NCBI GenBank assembly: GCA_963768575.1
Contig: CAVYIJ010000001.1
Location: forward strand, 9,106 to 73,105
Source: an uncultured Halobacteria archaeon
Lineage (GTDB): Bacteria; Pseudomonadota; Gammaproteobacteria; UBA9214
Reading direction: 5' to 3'
DNA: 64,000 nt
Shown here in pieces: positions 48,615-59,210 of this stretch. The first letter of the stretch is position 1. The number at the start of each line of letters is the position of its first letter. The position numbers were made by a program, and so were the translations under genes. Below the pieces are notes generated by a model that saw only the letters and a program-made list of their open reading frames with translations, did no database searches and was not told the DNA's origin.

Positions 48615-49103
48615 GACGCTCTCCTGTAATAGATGCTGCAAGCAGCCTGTTTATTCGCTTTATCAATCATTATTGTATGGACTGTCTCAGTATAACCACT
48701 GTGAATGCGATAATCCTTGTATTTTGATGTTCGGTATTTGTTATTTGTTGATCATAATAAAAGTACTGGCCGAATTGCCTGTTTCCCGGCCGGATGGAGT
48801 CCGGGGACGGTTTAATGGCCTGTTTCCCGTCTGATGGTTACCACACAAATACCGGAACTCGCTGCTTTCCACGCGTAAAGAGCTACTTGGTTGGCGTTCG
48901 CTGTGGAGCATCATCACTAAAATCGAATATCCTTATGTGCTGAAATTTATTTCTTCATGGTCTGACAAAGACTGAGAAATAAATGAATAAGTACACGGTG
49001 AGTTACCTCTACAAGTATACGGCGCACTCCGCGTGGAGGGTTTCCGTGTATGGAAATGAATTTCGAAATTTATTATTCACAATAAAATTAGGGGTGAGAT
49101 CTC

Positions 49104-50706
49104 ATGAAGAAATGTAATTTAACTGTAACCGCGCTTGCGGCGAGCATGGCCATGCTCGCCGGGAGCGCCATCGCGCACTCCAGGCTCAACAGGGCCCGGT
49201 ACACCGACCTGTATCGAGTCCAACATCATGATGGCCGATGCCGAGAACGCGCCGTTTTCGAACGACCCGGGGCTCGGCCGTGTGCTGGAGATGAATACCA
49301 CCACCGGTGAACGGGGTATCACGGTCGAAAGCCCGTTTTCAGACCCGCCTTGCGACTCCCCTCTGTCCTGACCATGTGACCTGCCCGGGTCCCTTCAAAC
49401 CCACGGGGAACGTATCCGGTGGCGAGGACGGTCATGCCTACCTGGTCAGTGCCGCCCAGCATGCGCTGATCGAGCACCATCGTGACGGCACGCCCATCAA
49501 GACGAGTCCCGCTCTGGCCGACATCGCCGTCCCCGGACGGTGGCAATTTCGGTTATGTGCCACGCCTGCTCGGTAACGGCTTCATGCCGAACGGCAACAT
49601 CGCGCAGACGGTCTGTGACGCCAACTTCTTCAATGCGGCGAATTCTGATTCGGTGAGCCCGAACGGCAACACCCATGTCAGCGGCAACGCTTCCAACCTG
49701 TTCTTCCCGCCGGTGTATGGCACCACCGACACGGGCCGCCAATGGCCGTGTTGTCATCGTCGACCAGGACACGATGGAGCTCGTCGACGAGTACAGCAAG
49801 CCCACCAAGGGACCCTATGCCAATGACCCGCGCTGGAGTTGCCCGGCAGGTGTCCTCTTCACCTCCGAGGGAATGTACGTGAGTATGTTCCACGGCGATG
49901 CGGTGTTCGTCATCGACTGGCGGGCTGGTATGGACAACGAGAAGAGTGAAGGGGTCGGTTCCAACAGCACGGCGGGCTTCAAACTCGGCAAGAAGAAGAA
50001 CGAGGCCAAGGTCATTCGCGTGATCGACCTGCAGGACACCACCGATAACGGTATCTCGGATGCTCCGGATGCACCCCTTTACAATTCCGGGAACCGCCGT
50101 GACAACCTGCGTGCCATCCGGATGTCCGAGGACGGCACCCTGTACGGTACCCGCCGCAGCCGTTCCCAGGAGTGTAATGAGAGGTGATGCCGGTTGTAAC
50201 CCGGGTGTGTTTCGCCAACATATCTTCATCGTGCACGAAGGTGAAAATAACAACTCCGGCGATACCATCGCCCTGGATCCGGGTGTGAACATCATCGCCG
50301 GTATCACCGTCAACCGCATGTCCGCACCGGGTTGCAAATTTGTCTCGGGAGGTTTGGATCCGACCACGGTGACCGGTGACATTTGTGACGTAGAGACCCT
50401 CTATGTCGGCGTCGTCCGCCGGTAACGCCGGTTGTGTCGCTACTGGTCCTGTAGGCGGCCAATCCTTGCTTCAAACCTGGCGGTACCTTGTATGAGTACC
50501 GCATTGATGCGGCGTCTCTCGACGGTGCGACCGGTCTATGTACAGGTAATCCGCTCGTTCCGGCCGAGAACGTGGGCTGTGCCATGCCGATTGCGCAGTT
50601 TGATTTCGTCAAGCAATCAGATAGCGGCGGAACGCTGCCAGATGGCACCATCGAGACGCTCGACCCGCGGATGGTGATGACGATCCACGAGGCGTTCGTT
50701 CAGTAG
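49104..50706 (+). pseudogene. Secreted protein gene of unknown function (possibly beta-propeller-like) fragmented by at least 5 frameshifts
   Basis: Signal peptide MKKCNLTVTALAASMAMLAGSAIA after GGGGTGAG. The coding signal continues through consecutive overlapping ORFs in alternating frames (49135, 49307, 49482, 49675, 50060, 50488) up to ...MVMTIHEAFVQ*. It has repeated V-I/F-V-I-D blade-like motifs. Confidence 0.5.
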
Positions 50707-50770
50707 AATGAACCCACGATCAGCCGGAGCCTTTAGTAAACCGGCTGAAACGTGGTAGTAAGCAGTGATA

Positions 50771-50806
50771 CCCGGTGGGCATGTATTGCCCGCCGGGTTT
50801 TTTTTG
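50771..50806 (+). terminator. Rho-independent terminator
   Basis: CCCGGTGGGC-ATGTATT-GCCCGCCGGG-TTTTTTTTT. Confidence 0.75.
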
Positions 50807-51003
50807 TACGGCGCATGAACATGCACCAATAAAAACGTACCGATCATGGTTTGCGCTACGTAGTCTTGCAGGGCGTGTACTTGTGCCCGGAACGGGTATA
50901 AATACCTCTTGACTATATTGTGCGCCGAATTGAGCTGGATGGGTTGCCAAAGAGATCAAACCCACGCTAGTATTTTAAAACCTGGTAATTGGAGTTTTAC
51001 CCA

Positions 51004-51747
51004 ATGAAGTACCTGATTCCTTTTTTATTTCTACTCACGCTGTGCGGCTGTGACAATCAAATCCGCGTGGGTCACAAGACAGCAACAAGGTGGCTCCTGA
51101 GAAGACCGAGAGCTATCTCGATAAACCCGTCAAGGGGCAGGTAAACCAGCGCGGCCTGTACAAGTTGCTACGCAGTGGCGGGGTGGTTGACGATCCCAAC
51201 ACCAGTACCGGCAAGGCGGTCGCGAACCCGGTGATTCAACAGGTCAAGTCGACGGAGCGAATCCCCCTGATCAAGGGCGCCCAGATGTACCTGCAGTACC
51301 GGATCTGGCCTCTCCCGGACCAGCCGGTCCTATATCGACCTCAGGCGGGTGTTGAAGCACCCCGAAATGACCCTGCCCGATGGGTCGGTCTCCACCGGCT
51401 CCGACTCTCCGATGAAGGGCAAGGTCAGTGTCAACCAGGCCATCGGCTATACCGGGTACGGCTTCGACGAGGACTACGAACTGGTCGAGGGTGACTGGAT
51501 CTTTGAGATCTGGTACCAGGATAAAAAGCTGATTGAACAGAAATTCACGACCTACTGGCCGGATGAAGAAGAGGTAGCCGAATTGAAGCAGATGCTGGCG
51601 CCACAAAAGAGCCTGGTGAAAATGGCTTCACCGGACGATAAAGGGGATCCCAGATTAAATTGGCCCAGGGTAACGATAGATATTGGAGAAGACCCGGTCA
51701 CGGAACCAACAGTGTCATCGAGCAATTCTTCAGACAACTCTGATTAA
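51004..51747 (+). pseudogene. Lipoprotein gene of unknown function with two frameshifts (about 51085 and about 51335)
   Basis: MKYLIPFLFLLTLCGC lipobox; the body continues in frame 0 (VAPEKTESYLDKP...) and then in frame 1 (...GYTGYGFDEDYELVEGDWIFEIWYQDKKLIEQKF...). Confidence 0.5.
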
Positions 51748-52588
51748 TTTGTGCATTTTGTCATTGCGAGCGCAGTATAGCAATCTCATAAATCGTGAGG
51801 CATTCTCTAACAATCTATACAACAATCGTATGGGATTGCGGCGTAGCTTACGCTCCTCTCAATGACGGCCTGTACACACCGTGTCATCACAATCATTAAT
51901 ACCGTAGCGTGATGGTGCGAAAGCTTCGCGTCAGGTGACCCAGGAGTACCACCAGGAACAGCATCATCTCGAGCATCTCCAGGCTTTTCTCCAGAGATTT
52001 TGCAAAATTTAGAATTGCACAGGCTTCATTCCGCAGGTCGCTTCAAACCAGTCATACTCTTCAATGATGCCTTCTATGAAGTTCTTTTCTTACGGAAAAT
52101 GTGAAACAGAAAAAGGTCGCAAGAACGGCTAATTTCTCATTGCGGGGAGATAGCTCCGTCTAAAATATAGTACAGGATGTCAACAATGCTCGATAGTCTT
52201 TACAACTGGCTACTACTGGCTGATAAATATTTTTCTTTACAAGCAAGCCATGCATGCGAGATTTATATGTTCAACTATCAAGTAAATACCCTGGAAAGTG
52301 TTTATGATCTATTTGAATATATAACACCTGCTCTGATCTTCCGGCAGCGTGACTAAAACGCTTCTGTCTTAATATCTGCCGTCCGCGTGTGCCAGTCGGA
52401 GAATAAAACTACCCGTGCTGGACGTCTGCAAGATAGGTGAAAAACAGGTCCGTCAGCTTTGTATGACGCGAATTAGACAGTTCTCTTCGACTTGCCGCAA
52501 GCAACTACAACAATCGAGCGCAATATACCAAGTAGAAAGATTATGCATCTTGTATAAGAGACGGGTACATCAATTGGAGGAAGTAATA

Positions 52589-53309
52589 ATGAAACGATTA
52601 TCCAAATCTAAAAACAATTACCACGCTGATCGGGGGGCTTACGCTTTCAGGCGTTGTCTGCGCCGGCGCGGTTGTCATTAATGATGAAATGCCCAGAAGA
52701 GCGCCGGGCAGCACCAGCGGTAGTGGCGACACGGTTGAAGCCAACTGCCCGACCGATCCCAGTGGCAATGACTGGCAGGGTGCCACGGCTGAACTCATGG
52801 TCCGGCAGGTCGGCGGTGGCAGCACCGTGGATATCGACGTGAAGAATGCAGTGCCCAACACGGTGTTCACTGTCTGGATGCGTATGGCAAGGGCGGTGCC
52901 GGGTTCAATGACGATCGGCAGTCCCATGACCGGTGGTGGCGCGACGCCACTGGCTGCCGGGAACTGCCTGGATGGTGCTGCTTCAACTACCGCCTCCGGT
53001 TCCAGCCGGCAGGCAGCGCCAATCCGACCAACGGCTTCACCACGAATGCCAATGGCACAGGTCACTTCAGTATCGATCTGGATTTCCCGGTCGTTGGTGG
53101 CGCCTATCCATTCCAGAAGGCAAGCGACGCCGCTGGCAGGCCTGATCAATGCTGAAGCCTGGCTCCAGAATGTACCCACACCGATCGTCAACCCGGCAGA
53201 TCGCAATATCGGTGGACCGTTCCTGCTCCGCGTGATTTCGCACTGCACGGACCAGCAGGGTCATGGCCTGTCCCCGGGTGTACGTGAAGCCTGGTTCCAG
53301 TATCCGTGA
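52589..53309 (+). pseudogene. Secreted protein gene of unknown function with frameshifts (A-run 52610-52614 and about 2 more internally)
   Basis: GGAGGAAG 5 nt before ATG 52589. MKRLSKSK then a shifted frame gives a signal peptide ITTLIGGLTLSGVVCAGAVV. The middle part is protein-like only in a different frame (FNYRLRFQPAGSANPTNGFTTNANGTGHFSIDLDFPVVGG). Confidence 0.5.
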
Positions 53310-53765
53310 GTGGATTTGAGTTATTGTTAGCTAAGTAACAATAAAGTCGTTTGTAACAGCAAAGGGTGCTGCCTTGCAGGCAGCGCCCTTTTTATTACGG
53401 TTGTACAGGGCCGGGAGGGAAGTACTTGCGGCCGTGCGAAGCATGATAATAGCCATGCTGTTGGTCCGGAGCATTAAACCCGAATGAATCCGGTCGGCAA
53501 CAGATATTATTTATTAGGGTAAACCCTGAGTGAATTCGAGCTCATTCCCTGGTTATGTTATGCATCTCCTCGAAATGTTCATGTATTAATTCACAGCAGC
53601 AAGGCATCACACCGCTCAAATATCACATCGTTCATAAATTATTTGGAATAAATCGACCCTGCTTTCCATCTACTATAAGCGGCAAGACGACGGCCATAAG
53701 AATATCAGCCAATTATTATAGCTATTAACGGCTGGTGGGAGATTCAGCGTCGACAGGGGGGGGTA

Positions 53766-55204
53766 GTGGAGGCACCTAGAATATTGTGTGTCGATCTACG
53801 GCATGGCAGGGAGTCGCCGTGTGCGCAATATACACTGGGCAGTGCCTACCACACGGAAGTCGTCGATAACCATTGTGTTATTGATAGTTACATTGAAAGG
53901 TTTCAGCCCGGTATATTGTGTTTCGATTACGATCTGCCTGATCAAACGGGACTGATGGCGCTGGAGCAAACCCGTTCCCGGCATCCGATGGTTACCAATA
54001 CTGATGCTAACCACGGGATCACTCCGTGGAGTTGGCGATCTGGGCCCTGAGGTTACGCGTGTGGGACTACTTCACGAAGCCGGTGGGGATCGATGAGTTG
54101 GTCAATAGTATTGCCGGATTGCCTGAAATGAAACCAGGCACCTGCAAGCATGGAGGAGACTACTGGGCGATTCAGCCTCTTGATCTTCCAGAATCCCGCT
54201 CGTTCGGGACCACTATAAAGAAAATACCAACAGCGCTAGCGACGACCTATGTTCGGGAACACCTGGACAAGAAAATCAGCCTGGAAATCGTGTCCAAACT
54301 ATGCGGCATGAGCAAATCCCATTTCAGCCGGTCATTCAAGAACGACCACGGGATTACATTTCAGAATTATCTCGCCCAACAGAGGATAGATAGGGCATTA
54401 GCCCTGCTGAAAGATTCCGATATGCAAGTAACCCAGGTGGCCTTTGCAGTTGGATTCACTGAACTTTCCAACTTTACGCGGACATTTCAACGTCATATCG
54501 GCATGAGTCCTTCATATTATCGCAAGGCGATCACTTCCCGGCTATTACAGATAAAAGACCGAAGAAGCCAGTCTACGAAATTCCCGAAGGCAAATCCGAA
54601 CCCGGTACTTTCCGTTGGCCCGGATGGTTTGCCGGATTTTGTGAATCCTGCCGCGTCATATTTGCTTAAAGAGATCGGCCTGGAGAATGTTGAATACATC
54701 TTGCCAACCAATCACCGGGTGCTGGTAAAAACATCCCTGGATACCAACATGCCGATGAGTGAAGAACGCAGGATCGCGGGTCGGACCATTGTATGGTCGT
54801 ACTGCCCGATCGATGATAGTGAAACAGTTCACCTCTATGGCAATGATGTATCCGATTATGTTTCTGATAGCCCCGGTGTTGAAAGTATTTCCAGGGAAAG
54901 CACGAACCCGGTGCTTTCGCTGGAGCCGGACGGTGAGCCGCGATTTATGAATTCGGCAACATGCCAGTTACTTGAAGAATTGAAACTGGAAAATATCGAG
55001 GAAATTTTGCCTTCCAACCATACAAGCCTTTTGAAAGCCTGCCTGAAAACCAGCACGCCACTGGCTGAAGAGTGCAGAGCGGCAGGCAGAACAATAATCT
55101 GGTCGTATCATCCTGCCAACAGTAATGACGTGATTTATGTCTATGGGCAGGAAGTGTCCGGTTGCGCCGGCAAAAGTAGCAGCAACAAAGTTTCAGTCAT
55201 CTAG
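53766..55204 (+). pseudogene. Response-regulator-type transcription factor with the architecture REC - AraC/XylS HTH - two tandem PAS-like repeats; the REC domain is broken by two frameshifts within about 45 nt (53975-54020)
   Basis: REC reads ILCVDLRHG...ILCFDYDLPDQTGLMALEQTRSRHP (frame 0), then LPILMLTTGSLRG (frame 1), then SVELAIWALRLRVWDYFTKP (frame 2). AraC HTH: ISLEIVSKLCGMSKSHFSRSFK...VTQVAFAVGFTELSNFTRTFQR. The C-terminus has two ~100-aa repeats NPVLSxxPDGxPxFxNxA...AGRTIxWSY. Confidence 0.6.
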
Positions 55205-55743
55205 CCGATCCAGTGAACGGTCATTATCGGATTAATCATATGACAGTATCCATAGATTATTATTCCGCTCCTGTCTGTTCAATTTGAAGAATTCAGGACA
55301 GGAAGAAGCAGCCAGTGGTTCAAAGTGGCGATAATGGCTTAACGGTCGGGCTATACTCAGCGGAGATGTAGACAAGCCATAACTAGAGCGCAGCAATTCT
55401 GCGCCAGGAAGTAATATCAACAAAATAATCAATATATTTAGTTAGATGCAGATTAATTATCATGTTGTTTATAACAAATAAACAATCGTGGCGGTTACCG
55501 GGGGCAAATCAGTATCTGAATAATGAAGTAGCGTCGCTGTGCAATGACGGAATAAAAAGCAGGACAAAAGAGTCTTATTTTAATAACAAATATAACGAAC
55601 CGGGTGCCAGGGGTATAAAAAACACTTGCAGAGGCATGGTGAAAACCTGCGCCGGCGCGTCCTGTGCCACGCATATATTGTGCTGACCCATAGCAACAAC
55701 CCTCACATCAGGCGCATAACATGGCTGGAACGAAACGATAAAT

Positions 55744-58196
55744 GTGACGGTACGGTGGACAATTAATCTGCAATACCCGTTATCAATTCCGGCTCTGTGG
55801 TCGATACTGCTGCTGGTCATGGTCGTGCTCAAGCCGGCGCCATGTATGGCAGCAGATCCGGAGATGAAAATAGGCGTGCTTGCATTTCGTGGCGCACAGG
55901 CGGCCCGCGAAATGTGGCAACCCACGGCGGATTATCTCTCCAGCAGTATCTCAGGATACCACTTCAGGATTATTCCTCTGGACCTGCAAGGCATGCGCCA
56001 GGCAGCCCGGGAGCGCAGCATAGACTTTGTATTGACCAACCCCGGAAACTACGTAGACCTGGAAGCCCGCTATGGCGCCTCACGTCTTGCGACGTTGCGC
56101 AATTTTCGCCAGGGAAAGCCCTACACTGTATTTGGCGCCGTAATTTTCACGAGCGCCGGCCGTGCCGACATAAATACCTTGCGGGACCTGAAGGGAAAAT
56201 CGTTCATGGCTGTAGGCGAGAATGCCTTTGGTGGTTTCCAGATGGCCTGGCGGGAACTCGAGGAGGTGGGTGTCGATCCTTTCGGTGATTTCAGCCGTAT
56301 AGAATTCTCCGGTTTCCCGCAGGATAACATCGTGTATGCCGTAAGGGATGGAAAAGTGGATGCGGGAACTGTTCGCAGCGATACGCTTGCCCGCATGGCG
56401 CAGGAGGGAAAGATCGAACTTTCCGGTTTTCGCGTCCTTAACGAACGCAGCAGTCCGGGTTATCCCTTCTCTCTCAGTACCCGCATTTACCCGGAATGGC
56501 CCTTTGCCAGGTTGGGCCATACGTCCGAGGAACTGGGACAACTGGTAGCGATAGCGCTGTTGACGCTGCCGGCCGATAGCGCGGCGGCAATAGCGGGGAA
56601 GTCGGCGGGATGGACAATCCCGCTTGACTACGGACCGGTACACGATCTTTTCCGCACGCTGCAAATCGGTCCATACGAGACCATGGGCGAGGTCACACTC
56701 GCCAGGGTACTGGCTCAATATTGGCGCTGGTTATTGGCGGGCCTGGTTGTACTCATGGTCATGGGGCTGGTCATCACTTATGTGTTGCGTATCAATCGGC
56801 GGCTTGGCTTGTCGAAACGGGTGCTGCAAAGGGAGGTGGCAGAACGCAAACAGGCCCAGACACAACTGGCGCGTCACCGGGACACACTGGAACAGGAGGT
56901 ACAGGCGCGCACGCAGGAATTACAGGAAGACATTCGAGCGCGCAAGCAAGCTGAGGAAACACTGCGCCGCAGTGAATCAGCCCTGCGCCGGTTGCATGAA
57001 ATAACGACGTCGGCTGATCTGGATTTCCAGGGTAAATTGCGTGAGCTTCTGGAAATGGGCTGCGAGCATTTTGAGTTGACGACCGGCCTGTTCTCCCGGA
57101 TCCACGAGAAAAGCTATGAGATCGTCGAGGTAGTTTCACCCGATGCGCGTTTTGTAAAGGGCGGACTAATGTCGTTAAAGGATACTTTTTGCCAGGTTGT
57201 TCTAGCCTCGCGGGGAACTGTTGCCATTAAGGATATTGGGCAATCGGCGTATCGGGATCTGCCGGTAGTTCAGCACATGGGGCTGGAAACCTATTTCGGT
57301 GCAGCGGTGCAGGTGGCCGGTGATATCTTCGGGACGCTGTGTTTTTTCAGCACTGATCGCCGCGAGACGCCGTTCTCATCAGTGGACAAGGATATCCTGC
57401 AACTCGTGGCCCAATGGATAGGCGAGGAAGTCGAGCGCCGGAATACCCAGGACCAGGCGCGCCGGCATCAGGATGCGCTGGCCCACGTATCGCGGCTTGG
57501 CGCCATGGGTCAAATGGCTTCGGCACTGGCGCATGAACTCAATCAACCGTTAACCGCGGTAGTTAACTATACCCGGGGATGTATTCGGCGACTGCAAACC
57601 CGTAGCGAAGATGCCGGGGCGCTGGTGGGGGCAATGGAGCAAGCGGTAGCCGAAGCCGAGCGGGCAGCGGAAATCATTCGCGGACTGCGCGAGTTCGTCC
57701 GCAAGGACGAGTCACAACGGGCGCTGATCGCAATCAATACAGCAGTTCACGAGGTAGTCAACATCGCCGAGGTCGAGGCCCGGCAGCAGGGAATAGCCCT
57801 GGATCTGGACCTGCAGGATTCCCTGCCTGGAATTGCGGAGATATGATCCAGATACAACAGGTCATCCTGAATCTTGTTCGCAACGGTCTGGAAGCCATGG
57901 CCAATGAAAGCCTGGAGGACAAATGCCTGTATATAAGTACGGCAATGTCGGACGATGAGACGGTTGAAGTGGTCGTCAGGGACACGGGATGCGGATTGCC
58001 TGCAGTGCCCGTAGAAGATGTGTTCCATCCATTTTACACCACCAAAAAGGGGGGCATGGGCATGGGGCTGTCCATCAGTCGATCCATCATCGAGGCGCAT
58101 GGCGGCCGGTTGCATGCCGAGCCAGCCAGGGGTGGCGGCAGTATCTTTCTTTTTACCCTGCCGGCTCTCATGGAGAAACTTGAATATGGGTCGTGA
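55744..58196 (+). pseudogene. Sensor histidine kinase with periplasmic PhnD/SsuA-like solute-binding domain (TtrS-like) plus GAF, HisKA and HATPase_c. A 1-nt deletion in a G-run (57835-57846) splits off the HATPase_c domain.
   Basis: Periplasmic KIGVLAFRGAQAAREMWQPTADYL...; TM; coiled coil; GAF; H-box HVSRLGAMGQMASALAHELNQPL. The frame stops at ...LPGIAEI* and the N-box IQIQQVILNLVRNGLEAM plus GMGMGLSI continue in the next frame. Confidence 0.65.
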
Positions 58197-58812
58197 ACCT
58201 ACCGTGTATGTGGTGGACGATGACCAGGCAGTGGGAGATTCACTCAGCTGGTTGATCGGGTCCATCAATCTCAATGTAGAGATGCACGGGTCGGCCCGGT
58301 CATTTCTCGAGGCCTGTGATCCGGCGCATTCCGGATGCCTGGTACTGGATGTAAGAATGCCTGGCATGAGCGGCCTCGACCTGCAAGAGGAACTGGTCAA
58401 CCATGGCATTACCCTGCCAGTCATTATTATCACCGGTCATGCGGACGTACCCATGGCAATTCGGGCAATGAAAGCAGGTGCATTCGATTTCGTGGAGAAG
58501 CCTTTCAATGACCAGGTATTGCTGGAACGTATTCAGGAAGCCATCAAGCGCGACGCCGACGCCCGCCAGCATGCCGCGCAATGGTTGGCCATAGACTCCC
58601 GCATTGCAACATTGACCAGGCGCGAACGGGAAGTCATGGATTGCGTGGTGGCGGGTAAATCCAACAGGCAGATTGCTGATGAGCTGGGGGTGAGTATGAA
58701 AACCGTGGAAGCCCATCGTGCCAACATGATGGTGAAGATGTCAGCGGACAGCCTGTCTAATCTCGTGGAAATGGTCGTGCTGTGGCGCGAAAACAGGAAA
58801 AGCCGCGCCTGA
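58186..58812 (+). CDS. FixJ/NarL(LuxR)-family response regulator (TtrR-like), cognate to the upstream kinase
   Basis: MGREPTVYVVDDDQAVGDSL...LDVRMPGMSGLDL...; C-terminal LuxR HTH REREVMDCVVAGKSNRQIADELGVSMKTVEAHRANMMVKM; start overlaps the kinase stop by 11 nt. Confidence 0.85.
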   Translation: MGREPTVYVVDDDQAVGDSLSWLIGSINLNVEMHGSARSFLEACDPAHSGCLVLDVRMPGMSGLDLQEELVNHGITLPVIIITGHADVPMAIRAMKAGAFDFVEKPFNDQVLLERIQEAIKRDADARQHAAQWLAIDSRIATLTRREREVMDCVVAGKSNRQIADELGVSMKTVEAHRANMMVKMSADSLSNLVEMVVLWRENRKSRA

Positions 58813-59210
58813 AGCCGCTAATCCGGGAATCGCGCCTTAAACGAGGCTGCCTGGCTATCTGCATCCCAATCCAAGATCTTTTCCGGCCGGCAATTGGAAC
58901 CTGACTCAAAATCCTGCATGCCCTTATCGGACCTCTTTGTCGTCGTTCCCGCAGAGGCGGGAATCCGGGAGTGCATGAAATGAACCGTGGATGCCATGCC
59001 TTCGCAGGCTAACGGCATATTGATGCTGGGCCAATGTAGAGACGGGTTCTAGTGGAAACAGACGCTTGTATCTGGGCCCTGCTCTAGATCCTGAAGTTAG
59101 GGAATCCCCGACATGATAGCTGCCCGCTAATATGAATAGCGGTAGACGGTTGCCGTACGCAAGCTCAGGTATTTGCCTGAATTGAGGAGGAAGCATTCAT
59201 ATTTGCTTAA

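Noticed and set aside
51750-52588. Possible IS or prophage remnant in the 40%-GC spacer
   Set aside because: I saw no transposase-like ORF, inverted terminal repeats or integrase fragments in any frame. It is best described as AT-rich non-coding DNA containing the promoter motif noted above.
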